Source of the DNA: an uncultured Thermoleophilaceae bacterium
GTDB taxonomy: Bacteria; Actinomycetota; Thermoleophilia; Solirubrobacterales; JACPNS01
Direction of reading: 5' to 3'
Assembly (NCBI GenBank): GCA_964597975.1
Contig: CAZRAA010000003.1
Coordinates: 185 to 64,184, forward strand
Length of the DNA stretch: 64,000 bases
This document shows, one piece after another, positions 38,219-47,503 of this stretch (position 1 is the stretch's first letter; the number at the start of each line of letters is the position of its first letter). Below the pieces are notes generated by a model. It ran no database searches, had not been told where the DNA came from, and saw only the letters and a list, made by a program, of their open reading frames with translations. A program made the position numbers and the translations under genes.

Positions 38219-39676
38219 TCACTTGGGTCCGAGGTAACGCAGGTAGACCTGGTTGGCCTCGCCGCCGAGGTTGCGAATCAGGCGGTCGATCGCGGGAGCT
38301 GTGCTCTGGAAGACGACGTAGTTGCCGCGCAGGCTGGTCGACGGATTCTCGGACGGCCCGTCGACGTACTTGTTGGCGTAGTTGCGCGATTCGACTGAGA
38401 CGTGGCGCGTCGGCTTGTTCCAGAGCATCATGTTCTGGTGGCCGTTGCGCGTGAAGCGAATGTCGCGAGAGGGGCGCAGGTTGGTCGCCAGGGAGTCGAA
38501 CAGCACGAACTCACCACCGCCGGTGATCGTCGGGTCGCCCGAGGCGCCGTTGGCCGGACCGTCGATCGACTTGCTGACCCACATGTTGCGGCGCTGGATC
38601 AGGTCGGTCTGCACGATGTCGCGCAGGCGATTGTTGTCGCCCGGAAGCAGGTTGGAGGCGTCGGTCTGGTAGGCGACGTACTGGCCGTACTCGTTGATCG
38701 CCGGGTGGCTGGAAGGTCCGTTGCCGCGGCGGCCGCGTTTCTGGGAGACGAGGCGGGTCTTGAACTTGAGTTTGCTGCCCTTCTTGAATCCGCGAACGTA
38801 GACGTCCTCTCCGCTGTCGCGATCGGCTGAGGAGAGGTTGGTCGACTCTGAGGTGAAGGCGACGAAGTTGCCGTAGCGCGCGAATGAGACCTGGTAGCTG
38901 TCGCCGTTGCCTGCGCGGCGAGCATTGTTGGCCGATGCGATGAACGTGAGCCTGGCGAAGCGTCCCGAGCGGATGTGTACGTAGACCTGGCTGTCGCCGC
39001 TTGTTCCGCCACTTGTGCGCGCGGTGCTCCAGCGCGACTTGCCGCCGCCCTCGTATCCGAGGTTGGTGGCGGAGGAGACAAATGCGACGCGGCCGCAGTT
39101 GGCGTTGACCGCGACCTCGGTGGTCGGCCCGTTGGCCTGTTGGCCCGAACTTGAGACCGATACGCGCGTGATGCGCCCGTTCTTGAAGTTGTAGACAAAT
39201 GCGTCGGCGACGTCGTTGGTGTCATTGGGGACGAGGTTGCTGGCCTCGGAGACGAAGGCGATGCACTTGGGCGTGTTCCACGTGGAGCCTGCGACTGCCG
39301 GCTTGTAGGACGGGCCGTTTGCTTCCTTGCCGCCCATGCCGACGGAAATTCGCTTGGTCTTGCCGATGTGCCAGGGCGTGCCGTTCCAGCGCCAGGGCCG
39401 TGCCCGCTTGACCATGAAGACATCGGTCACACCATTGTCGTCGCCGCGCACGATGTTGCTGGCGTCCGACTCGTAGGCCGCTACGCGGGCGATTCGCTGG
39501 TCGCGTGAGATCGACGCGTTCCGGGACTCGCCGTTCGGGATTCCTCCGTTGTAGGAACGCGAGAGCAGGAAGGTCGTTCGAGCCGAGGCTTCTGCGTCAG
39601 CCGCTGCAACTGCGACGACGCTGCAAAAGCAAACGAGTGCCGCAAGAGCGGCCCATGTCATCCGTGACTTGGACAC
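38219..39676 (-). CDS. Secreted TolB/PD40-like beta-propeller repeat protein
   Basis: Signal peptide MSKSRMTWAALAALVCFCSVVAVAAADA. Recurrent (V/I)AF.S.A(S/T)NL...D.N...D(V/A)(F/Y)V units (AYESDASNIVRGDDNGVTDVFM; AFVSEASNLVPNDTNDVADAFVY; AFVSSATNL; AFTSESTNLSSADRDSGEDVYV; AYQTDASNLLPGDNNRLRDIV; LFDSLATNL). Confidence 0.7.
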   Translation of the reverse strand: MSKSRMTWAALAALVCFCSVVAVAAADAEASARTTFLLSRSYNGGIPNGESRNASISRDQRIARVAAYESDASNIVRGDDNGVTDVFMVKRARPWRWNGTPWHIGKTKRISVGMGGKEANGPSYKPAVAGSTWNTPKCIAFVSEASNLVPNDTNDVADAFVYNFKNGRITRVSVSSSGQQANGPTTEVAVNANCGRVAFVSSATNLGYEGGGKSRWSTARTSGGTSGDSQVYVHIRSGRFARLTFIASANNARRAGNGDSYQVSFARYGNFVAFTSESTNLSSADRDSGEDVYVRGFKKGSKLKFKTRLVSQKRGRRGNGPSSHPAINEYGQYVAYQTDASNLLPGDNNRLRDIVQTDLIQRRNMWVSKSIDGPANGASGDPTITGGGEFVLFDSLATNLRPSRDIRFTRNGHQNMMLWNKPTRHVSVESRNYANKYVDGPSENPSTSLRGNYVVFQSTAPAIDRLIRNLGGEANQVYLRYLGPK

Positions 39677-39716
39677 GACTCACCTATCGGCGGTCTTGTC
39701 CAGAAGGTTTAGCCCC

Positions 39717-41423
39717 TCAGGTTTGTGATTTTTTTGGTGCGCACTTCCCGCCGCTCAGGCGGTAGATGTCGATCTGCGGGCCGGGCCGGTAGTAGGCCAG
39801 GGGGAAGTAGTTGTAGGAGATGTCGAAGTTGAATTGCGGGACGCTCTTGCCAGGTTTCATTGGACTGAACGCGGCGACCTTCTCGCCCCGCTTCTCGAGC
39901 GCCGAGTAGTAGGCGGCAGCTCCGGGGGCCTTTGACGGGTCCTTCGTCACGCGGCCCTTCTGGATGCTGGCCGAGACGACCCAGCAGTAGCCGTCTCGCT
40001 CGAAGCTATCGAGCACGGCCGGCGAGAGATTCTGCGCGTACTTCTCGATCTCTGTTCCTCGCGGAAGCGGGCGGATCGTGAACGCCGGATCGCCGGAAGC
40101 GGCGTCGTTCTGCTTGTAATACGGGGGCGGGCCCACGAGATCGAACGCGATCTTGTCCTGCCGCGGCACATTCTCAAGGACCCACTCCTTGGCAAGTTGC
40201 CGTGTGTCGGTCCGCGCCAGTACCCGGTCGTTATGGACCGCATGAACAAGCGGCCCGACAAGCGCCACAGCCATAACCGCCACCACCGCATACGTCAAAG
40301 ATGCATCTTTGACGTACTTGTCGAACTTCGGGGCTAGCCATTTGGCGGCTTCGATTGCGAAGTAGCCGGCAAAGAGGGCGAGCACTGGATAGATCGGCAT
40401 CATCCAGCGCGCGTAGAAGCGCAGCTGTTTGCCCATGAAGAGGAAGACAATCAGCGCGAAGAGGACGAACGGCAGTGAGCGCCGCCAGTCCTTCTTCAGA
40501 GCGAGGCCGGCCCCCGCGATCGCCATCAGCAGCGGGACAATCCCAAATCCCCAGGTGAGCGTCCAGGCGTAGTAGGCCCACCCGCTGGTGTCGTCGGTGC
40601 CGAGCTTGGCCACACCGGCCGAGAGATCTTGCTGGCGGCGCATGTCATAGACGAACTTGTGCGGGTCGAGCACCGCGAAGGGGTTGACGATCACGAACGC
40701 CGCCAACGAGACGCCCGCGGCGAGTACGAGATACAGGAACTCTCGTTTGCCGCGCTCGCGGTCTTCGAAAAAGCGGATAAGCCAAGCCGCGAAGATCGAC
40801 ACGCTGAGCGCCGCCGCCGTGTACTTGGTGCCGGTCGCAAGGCCGAGTCCCAGTCCGGCGATCCCATAGTCGAGTGCGCGTCCCTGCTGGATCACGCCGG
40901 CTAGTCCGAACAGCCCGAGCGCGAGCGGAAGCAGCGTCGGGACATCGTTCAGCGCGAAGTGGCTGTAGTGGATGGGCAGGAACGTGAAGGTGAGGAAGGC
41001 AGCAGCAGTAAGAGCAACGCCCGTCCCCCAGAGCCTGCGGCCGGCGAAGTAGAGCACCCAGGCAGCACCGACGCCCATCAGCGCCGCGGTCACGCGGGCG
41101 ATGGTGTAGATCGTCGTGGGATCGGTCGTGAAGGCCTGCTGGATGCTGCTGCCGACCGATCCGACCGGCGGCGTGAGGTAGGCGATGGCCAGGATCACCT
41201 GCAGCAGATAGGTGAAGGCCGGCGGATTCTGGAAGTAGTTCGGGTTGTGGCCGCCACCGAACATCTTCACCGCCGAAACCGTGAAGTGCGCGTACTCGTC
41301 GAGGTTGAAGGCGACCGGCAGGCCGCTCCTGATGCCCCAGAGGCGCAGAGCCAGCCCAACCGTGAGGATGCCCGCGAGCGTCCATGCGGCGGCGCGCCCG
41401 CGGCGTTTGGTCTGCTCGCTCAC
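39717..41423 (-). CDS. GT39/PMT_2-family (ArnT / protein O-mannosyltransferase-like) GT-C glycosyltransferase
   Basis: First-loop acidic motif AFNLDEYAHF, many TM helices (YSHFALNDVP...) and a soluble C-terminal domain. Typical length and topology for the family. Confidence 0.8.
   Translation of the reverse strand: MSEQTKRRGRAAAWTLAGILTVGLALRLWGIRSGLPVAFNLDEYAHFTVSAVKMFGGGHNPNYFQNPPAFTYLLQVILAIAYLTPPVGSVGSSIQQAFTTDPTTIYTIARVTAALMGVGAAWVLYFAGRRLWGTGVALTAAAFLTFTFLPIHYSHFALNDVPTLLPLALGLFGLAGVIQQGRALDYGIAGLGLGLATGTKYTAAALSVSIFAAWLIRFFEDRERGKREFLYLVLAAGVSLAAFVIVNPFAVLDPHKFVYDMRRQQDLSAGVAKLGTDDTSGWAYYAWTLTWGFGIVPLLMAIAGAGLALKKDWRRSLPFVLFALIVFLFMGKQLRFYARWMMPIYPVLALFAGYFAIEAAKWLAPKFDKYVKDASLTYAVVAVMAVALVGPLVHAVHNDRVLARTDTRQLAKEWVLENVPRQDKIAFDLVGPPPYYKQNDAASGDPAFTIRPLPRGTEIEKYAQNLSPAVLDSFERDGYCWVVSASIQKGRVTKDPSKAPGAAAYYSALEKRGEKVAAFSPMKPGKSVPQFNFDISYNYFPLAYYRPGPQIDIYRLSGGKCAPKKSQT
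40291..40316. repeat. Perfect 26-bp palindrome inside the GT39 CDS, same motif as 14883-14932
   Basis: TACGTCAAAGATGCATCTTTGACGTA equals its own reverse complement. On the minus strand it encodes ...KYVKDASLTYA... Confidence 0.9.
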
Positions 41424-41488
41424 GGCGGGAACCTTACCGCCAGAGCTGCCCGCCGCCGCCTTCTTGCCAGATCGGTTACGCTATGTGA

Positions 41489-43120
41489 ATGGGGATTCAC
41501 ATTGAACAGACTGCCGAGCCGGCGACGCGCGCGACCCATCAGGTCGAAAACCAGGCCTCGCCGCTTGAGCCGATCAACCACTTCACCGCCGACCTTGCGC
41601 TGCAGGAGGCGATCATCCGCGAGGGCGGTGCCTGGGGAGAGGACCGCCTGACCGAGATCGGGGAGCTTGCCGGCCTCCCTGAGCAGCGCGAGCACTGTTG
41701 GCGCGCCGAGCACAACCTTCCGCGCCTGGTCACGCACGATCGCTACGGCAACCGCGTCGACCAGGTGGAACTCGACCCGTCGTGGCATCACCTGCTGGGG
41801 GCGGCGATCGAACGCCAATGCCACTCGCTCCCCTGGCGCGACCCTCAGCCAGGGGCGCACGTCGTGCGCGCCGGTCTCTTCATGCTCTGGGGCAACACGA
41901 ACGGCGGCGTGATGTGCCCAGTGTCGATGACCCATGCGGTGATTCCGCCGCTGCGTAACCACGCGCCCGAGATCGCCGCCGAGTGGGAGGACCGCCTGAC
42001 GATGCCCGACTACCAGCGCGGCGCAATCGCCGGGATGGCGATGACCGAGAAGCAGGGCGGATCCGACGTCCGCGCCAACACGACGCAGGCCGTGCCGATC
42101 GGTGGCGACGAATACGAGCTGACCGGCCACAAGTGGTTCTGCTCGTATCCGCCGTGTGACGTGTTCCTCGTGCTCGCGCAGGCACCGGGCGGTCTGTCCT
42201 GCTTCTTCGTCGAGCGCGGCGAAGGCATGGAGTTCCAGCGTCTCAAGGACAAGCTCGGCACCCACTCGCTGGCCTCGAGTGAGGTCGAGTTTCGCGCGGC
42301 GCGCGCACGCCTCGTCGGCGAAGAAGGCCGCGGTGTCCCGACCATCATCCAGATGGTCAACCACACGCGTCTCGACTGCATGATCGGTTCGGCGACCTCG
42401 ATCCGCCGAGGTGTGCTTGAGGCGACCAATCACGCACGCGGCCGCAAGGCCTTCGGAGCGCTGCTGATCGACCAGCCGGCAATGCAGAACGTGCTCGCCG
42501 ACCTTGCGATCGAGTCCGAGGCGACGACCGCCGCGGTCTTCCGAATTGCGCGGGCGTTTGATGAGAACGACGACGCGCTGCGGCGCTTTGGCACAGCGGT
42601 GATGAAGTACTGGATCTGCAAGCGCGCGGCGGGCCACGCCAACGAGTCGCTCGAGTGTTTCGGCGGCAACGGCTACGTCGAAGAGTCGGGGATGCCCCTG
42701 ATCTACCGCGACGCACCGCTGATGTCGATCTGGGAGGGCTCGGGTAACGTCGCCGCGCTTGACGTGCTGCGTGCGATGGCCAAGGAACCCGAAGGGCTTC
42801 CGGCCTTCCTTGGCGAATGCGAGCTTGCGCGCGGGGCCGACGCGCGCTTTGACGCGCACCTGGACTCAATCGGCCAGCGGCTCGCCGGTCTTTCGACCGG
42901 CGACATCGACGCCGACGTGATTGCCGCGCAGTTCTCTGCCAGGCGCATCGTCGAAGACCTCGGCGTCGCCTTCCAGGGCTCACTCTTGCTGCGCAACGGA
43001 CCAGAGCCGGTGGCCGACGCCTTCTGCGCCGGGCGCCTGGGTGATGGTGGCCGCGCCTACGGCACGCTCCCGAGGGGCGTTGACGCCAAGGCGATCGTCG
43101 ATCGTGTGATCGCGGACTGA
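41489..43120 (+). CDS. AidB-like acyl-CoA dehydrogenase
   Basis: 543 aa. AidB-type N-terminal extension (NQASPLEPINHFTADLALQEAIIREGG), ACAD core (MTEKQGGSDV) and a C-terminal extension. Confidence 0.85.
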   Translation: MGIHIEQTAEPATRATHQVENQASPLEPINHFTADLALQEAIIREGGAWGEDRLTEIGELAGLPEQREHCWRAEHNLPRLVTHDRYGNRVDQVELDPSWHHLLGAAIERQCHSLPWRDPQPGAHVVRAGLFMLWGNTNGGVMCPVSMTHAVIPPLRNHAPEIAAEWEDRLTMPDYQRGAIAGMAMTEKQGGSDVRANTTQAVPIGGDEYELTGHKWFCSYPPCDVFLVLAQAPGGLSCFFVERGEGMEFQRLKDKLGTHSLASSEVEFRAARARLVGEEGRGVPTIIQMVNHTRLDCMIGSATSIRRGVLEATNHARGRKAFGALLIDQPAMQNVLADLAIESEATTAAVFRIARAFDENDDALRRFGTAVMKYWICKRAAGHANESLECFGGNGYVEESGMPLIYRDAPLMSIWEGSGNVAALDVLRAMAKEPEGLPAFLGECELARGADARFDAHLDSIGQRLAGLSTGDIDADVIAAQFSARRIVEDLGVAFQGSLLLRNGPEPVADAFCAGRLGDGGRAYGTLPRGVDAKAIVDRVIAD

Positions 43121-44025
43121 TGGCCGCCGTCGAATACAGCGTCGACGATCGAATCGCACGCATCACACTCAACCGGCCCGAGCGAGGCAATGGGATAACG
43201 CGTCAATTGTTGCGCGAGCTCGGCGAGTGCGTCGAGCGGGCGGACCTGGATCCAAATGTCCACGTGATGCTGCTGGCGGGCAGCGGCACGGGCTTTTGCG
43301 GCGGCTACGACCTCGTCGATTCCGCCGAGGGAGCAGGCGCGGCCCAAACGGCTGAAGGCGACGAGAAGGGCTCGCCGCTGGACCCGATGGTGATCGGGAT
43401 GAATCACAACCCAGACGAGACCTGGGACCCGATGATCGACTACGCCATGATGCGCCGTAACGTCCGCACGTTCATGACGCTCTACGAGGCCGGCAAGCCG
43501 GTGATCTGCAAGATCCACGGCTTCTGCGTCGCCGGCGGCACCGACATGGCGCTCTGCTCGGACCTCGTGATTGCGGCGAGCGACGCGAAGATCGGCTATC
43601 CGCCGGCACGCGTCTGGGGATCGCCCACGACCTCGCTTTGGGCTCATCGAATCGGCGTACAGCGGGCAAAACGCCTGCTGCTGACCGGCGATTCGATTTC
43701 TGGGGCGGAGGCCGCCGAGTGGGGACTCGCCTGCGAGGCACCGACGCCAGACGATCTGGACGAGCGAACCGAGATTCTCGCCGCACGCGTCGCGCGGATG
43801 CCGCTGAACCAGCTGATGATGATGAAGCTGCTCACCAACCAGACGATCGAGGCGCAGGGCCTGCGCCAGACGCAGGTGCTGGGCACGGTCTTTGACGGCA
43901 TCACGCGCCACACGAAGGAGGGCTACGACTTCCAGATGCGGGCGCTCTCGGGAGGCTTTCGCGAGGCGGTGCGCGAGCGCGACGAGCCGTTCGGAGATCA
44001 CGGACTCTCTACCTTCAAGGGATGA
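43120..44025 (+). CDS. Enoyl-CoA hydratase/isomerase (crotonase) family protein
   Basis: ARITLNRPERGNGIT...VMLLAGSGTGFCGGYDL...ICKIHGFCVAGGTDMALCSD. ATG overlaps the upstream stop (TGATG). Confidence 0.85.
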   Translation: MAAVEYSVDDRIARITLNRPERGNGITRQLLRELGECVERADLDPNVHVMLLAGSGTGFCGGYDLVDSAEGAGAAQTAEGDEKGSPLDPMVIGMNHNPDETWDPMIDYAMMRRNVRTFMTLYEAGKPVICKIHGFCVAGGTDMALCSDLVIAASDAKIGYPPARVWGSPTTSLWAHRIGVQRAKRLLLTGDSISGAEAAEWGLACEAPTPDDLDERTEILAARVARMPLNQLMMMKLLTNQTIEAQGLRQTQVLGTVFDGITRHTKEGYDFQMRALSGGFREAVRERDEPFGDHGLSTFKG

Positions 44026-44609
44026 CGACGCGCCCAGCGGCGACTTCCACCAGAGAACGGCTGATCGCTGCGACGCTCGAATTGCTGGCCGAAGGCGGCT
44101 ATGCGGCGGCCAGCGTCGCCGCCATCACGTCCCGCGCCGGCGTAGCCTCGGGCACGCTCTACCGCCACTTCAGCTCGAAGGAAGAGCTGTTTGTCGAGCT
44201 CTTTCGGGAAATGTGTGGCCGTGAGATTGAGGCAATGCGTACCGGCGCCGAGGAGATGGATCGCCCGCTTGAGAAGCTGGACGCGGCGCTTGAGACATTT
44301 GCCCGGCGCGCGCTCGTGCAGCCGCGTGTCTCCTGGGCGCTACTTGCGGAGCCAGTCGACGCCCTGGTGGAAGAAGAGCGATTGGCGTATCGCCGGCGCT
44401 ATCGCGACCTCGTCGCGCAGATCCTCGACGCGGCGGTCGCGACCGGCGACATCCCGCCATCGGACACGCGCACACTGGCAGCCGCGATCGTCGGTGGCGT
44501 CGGCGAAGCCCTGGTCGGCCCGCTCTCGGCCGACGAGGGGTCCAGCGATTCGCGCGAAGAGCTCGTCGAGACGATCAGAGCGTTCGCGCGGCGCGCAGCG
44601 GCCGGGTGA
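44022..44609 (+). CDS. TetR family transcriptional regulator
   Basis: TRERLIAATLELLAEGGYAAASVAAITSRAGVASGTLYRHFSSKEELF. Overlaps the upstream stop (ATGA). Confidence 0.85.
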   Translation: MTTRPAATSTRERLIAATLELLAEGGYAAASVAAITSRAGVASGTLYRHFSSKEELFVELFREMCGREIEAMRTGAEEMDRPLEKLDAALETFARRALVQPRVSWALLAEPVDALVEEERLAYRRRYRDLVAQILDAAVATGDIPPSDTRTLAAAIVGGVGEALVGPLSADEGSSDSREELVETIRAFARRAAAG

Positions 44610-44672
44610 AGGCGGCGCCGGTTACTATCGGCGCCCTGTCTAACTGGGGGCATCGATTGATCGGAGAGCCGG

Positions 44673-45749
44673 ATGACTGAATTGACGATGCATGGCGAGG
44701 CCGCGCGCTTTGCCGGGGGCTGGCACGAGATCGAGAAGCAGACCTGGGCCTACCTGCAACCAAATGGCGGCCTCGGCGAATCAAACGCCGGCATGGTCTT
44801 CGACGGCGACCACGTCTTCTTTGTCGATTCGCTGTGGGATCTGAAGCTCACCGCAACGATGCTCGCGGGGGCGCGCAAGATCGTCGACGCCCCGGTCGAG
44901 ACGCTCTTCAACACGCACTCTGACGGCGACCACGTCTGGGGCAACGAGCTTTTTGAGGGTGCGCGAATCGTCTCCACCACAAAGGCCAAGCAACTGATGA
45001 CGCTCGATCCACCCAAGGCGATGCGGGCGATGCAGCGCGGCGGCAGCCTGCTCGGCGTCCTGGGGCGCGCGCCGCTGCCGTTTATCGGGCCGCGCGACTT
45101 CGGCAACCTGCCCCGGCTGCCGCTCAAGGAAATGGGCCACGAGATGGCGCCGTTCGACTGGACGGACATCAACCTGACACTCCCTGAAGAGACTTTCGAG
45201 GGGCGCATGCAGATCTCGGTCGGCTCGCGCGAGGTGGAGTTGATCGAGGTCGGCCCCGCGCACACCGAAGGCGACGCGGTCGCCTGGGTGCCGGATGCCA
45301 AGGTCTGCTTCGCCGCAGACATCCTCTTCATCGGCGGCACTCCGATCATGTGGGCGGGTCCCGTGTCGAGCTGGCGCGCCGCACTCGACACGATCTCGGG
45401 ACTCGGTGCTCAGACGTTTGTCCCCGGCCACGGCCCGATCTGTGGTCAGGCCGAAGTCGATCTGCTGCGCGACTACTTCGCCTGGGTCGCCGAAGAGGGC
45501 GTCAAGCAGGTGCAGAGCGGAGTGGCGCCGATGAAGGCGGGCCAGCGGATGCTGCTCTCCGACGAGTTCGAGAGCGCACCGTGGGGCAAGTGGGACGACC
45601 CGGCTCGCCTGATCCCGATCCTTTGCACGGAGAAGTTTCGCCTCGACGGCGGGAAAGGTCAGCTCGGCGGCGCTGGACGATCCCGGGCGATTACGCAGAT
45701 GCAACTGGTCAAGACGAAGCTCGCTCGCAAGCGGGCGAAGGGGGCATGA
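44673..45749 (+). CDS. MBL-fold metallo-hydrolase
   Basis: HxHxDH-type motif NTHSDGDHVWGN, later PAHTEGD and PGHGP. Confidence 0.8.
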   Translation: MTELTMHGEAARFAGGWHEIEKQTWAYLQPNGGLGESNAGMVFDGDHVFFVDSLWDLKLTATMLAGARKIVDAPVETLFNTHSDGDHVWGNELFEGARIVSTTKAKQLMTLDPPKAMRAMQRGGSLLGVLGRAPLPFIGPRDFGNLPRLPLKEMGHEMAPFDWTDINLTLPEETFEGRMQISVGSREVELIEVGPAHTEGDAVAWVPDAKVCFAADILFIGGTPIMWAGPVSSWRAALDTISGLGAQTFVPGHGPICGQAEVDLLRDYFAWVAEEGVKQVQSGVAPMKAGQRMLLSDEFESAPWGKWDDPARLIPILCTEKFRLDGGKGQLGGAGRSRAITQMQLVKTKLARKRAKGA

Positions 45750-46327
45750 CGGTGGGAGAGCAAACGAGCGCAAACTGGCTGGTCACCGCTGATCGCACGG
45801 ACGACCGAGAGATCAGGCGTGGCCTGATTCCAAGGTTGGTCACAAGCGTCGCAGCGCGCGTGACGAAGGGTCGAAGCTTCAATTTCATGCGCGTGCTCTC
45901 GATCGACGGTCGACTTTTCGTTCCGTATCTCCTATGGAACTCTCGCCTGATGCCTCGGGGCAAGTTGCCGCGCAAGCAGACCGAGGCGGTGATCCTCCGT
46001 ACAGCCTGGCTTTGCCGCTCGGAGTATGAGTGGACCCAGCATCGCGCGATCGGCCTGAGCGTAGGTCTGACCAATGAACAGGTCGCCGCGGCGGGCCCGG
46101 AGCCGGAGAGCGAGTTGTTCGATGAGCAGACGCGAGCGCTTCTGCTCGGAGTCTCCGAACTGCTTGGCGAGCATCGGCTGTCGGATGAGACGTACGAGTC
46201 GCTGCGTGATTCGATGCCGCCGAAACGGATTCTTGAGTACGTGATGCTGGTCGGGACCTACTCCGCGCTTGCAGGCGCGCTCAATACGTTTGGGGTGCAA
46301 CTCGAACCCGCTTGGCGCGGCCGCTGA
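45746..46327 (+). CDS. Carboxymuconolactone decarboxylase (AhpD-like) family protein
   Basis: Start trimmed to ATG 45746 (ATGA overlap with the MBL gene). The motif CRSEYEWTQHRAIG is typical of the CMD family. Confidence 0.75.
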   Translation: MTVGEQTSANWLVTADRTDDREIRRGLIPRLVTSVAARVTKGRSFNFMRVLSIDGRLFVPYLLWNSRLMPRGKLPRKQTEAVILRTAWLCRSEYEWTQHRAIGLSVGLTNEQVAAAGPEPESELFDEQTRALLLGVSELLGEHRLSDETYESLRDSMPPKRILEYVMLVGTYSALAGALNTFGVQLEPAWRGR

Positions 46328-46401
46328 TCTAGCCCCAGCAGATACATACCATCCGGTACGTTTACAACAGGAGGGCTATCCACGATCCAACGGAGGCTCC
46401 T

Positions 46402-47496
46402 GTGGCGGACCAAAGTACATCGCGGGTCAGAAAGATCGGCGAGGCCTACGCGGAGCTTCCGGCGCGCGGCGTGATCGCCGTCGCCGCGGTGCTGATTGCG
46501 CTCGTCTTCGGCATCCGCACGATGAACGACAGCCCGGCGGACGGGGTACATCTCTTCTACATCATCCCGGCAATTCTTCTTGCTCTGCGATTCGGGGTGC
46601 GCGGGGGCCTGGTCGGCGCGCTGGTCGCGATCATTCTGTTTGCCGGCTGGAGTCTGCTGGTTGACGAGGAGATCGACTACGCCACTTGGATCAGTCCGGC
46701 GATCACGATTTTGGTCGTCGGTGCACTGGTCGGATACCTCGCACAGACGCTCTACGAGAGCGTGCACCGCTTTCGCACCGCGGCGGAGAACCTGCTGGAG
46801 CCTTTCGCGCTCTACTCGGCGGTGCGCGACGACGATGGTGCGATCGTGGATTTCCGCAATGAGTTCATCAACCGTCCCGGCGCGGCGTCGGTCGGAATGA
46901 CCGCTGAGCAGATGCAGGGGCGGTTGCTCTCCGATCTCTTCCCCGGGCGGCTCGAGAGCGGCTTGCTGCGTGACTACGCGCGTGTGGTGGAAACCGGTCG
47001 GCCGATCTTCCGCGAGGCGATCGACTACGTGAACGTGCTCGGCGAGGAGACGCTGGTTCGGGCGTTCGACATTCGCGTCTCGAAGCTCGAAGACGGGGTT
47101 GAGATCACATGGCGGGACATCACCGATCGCGTGCTCGCCGAGCGTGAGCGCGACTGGCTGGTGTCGATCGTCGAACAGTCCAGCGAGGCGGTGCTGAGCG
47201 TCGATCTCGACAAACGCATAGTCAGTTGGAGTGAAAGCGCCGAGCGACTCTATGGCTACACGCGCGATGAAGCGATCGGACAGAAATTCACGTTTCTGTT
47301 TGACTCGGAATTTGCTGAAGAGCGAACCGCCTATCTCGAGCGGGTGCTCGCAGGTGAGCGTCCAGGCCCGATCCGCGCCGTCGAGCGCTGCAAGGAAGGC
47401 AAAGAGATCGCGGTCAGCTTCGTCGGCTGGCCGATATTCGACAAGCAGGGCAGCGTGATCGGCGCCGCGCGCATCGTGCGCGAAGTGGTTGACTGA
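46402..47496 (+). CDS. Membrane-anchored tandem-PAS sensor protein with no recognisable output domain
   Basis: N-terminal ~4 TM helices, then two PAS-like modules (FALYSAVRDDDGAIVDFRNEFIN...; IVEQSSEAVLSVDLDKRIVSWSESAERLYGYTRDEAIGQKF). The protein ends right after PAS2. Confidence 0.7.
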   Translation: MADQSTSRVRKIGEAYAELPARGVIAVAAVLIALVFGIRTMNDSPADGVHLFYIIPAILLALRFGVRGGLVGALVAIILFAGWSLLVDEEIDYATWISPAITILVVGALVGYLAQTLYESVHRFRTAAENLLEPFALYSAVRDDDGAIVDFRNEFINRPGAASVGMTAEQMQGRLLSDLFPGRLESGLLRDYARVVETGRPIFREAIDYVNVLGEETLVRAFDIRVSKLEDGVEITWRDITDRVLAERERDWLVSIVEQSSEAVLSVDLDKRIVSWSESAERLYGYTRDEAIGQKFTFLFDSEFAEERTAYLERVLAGERPGPIRAVERCKEGKEIAVSFVGWPIFDKQGSVIGAARIVREVVD

Positions 47497-47503
47497 CCGG
47501 CGA

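Noticed and set aside
41420-42859. 479-aa minus-strand ORF, plus similar long antisense ORFs at 10152-11018, 18873-19712, 43057-44001, 44781-45773, 48157-49206, 49458-50795, 51365-52321 and 53237-54091
   Set aside because: Each lies opposite a CDS with clear family motifs (AidB-like ACAD, R2-like protein, ACAD, crotonase, MBL, acyl-CoA ligase, GMC oxidase, sugar transferase, CtaG). They lack SDs and recognisable domains and show the Arg/Gly/Asp/His bias of antisense frames.
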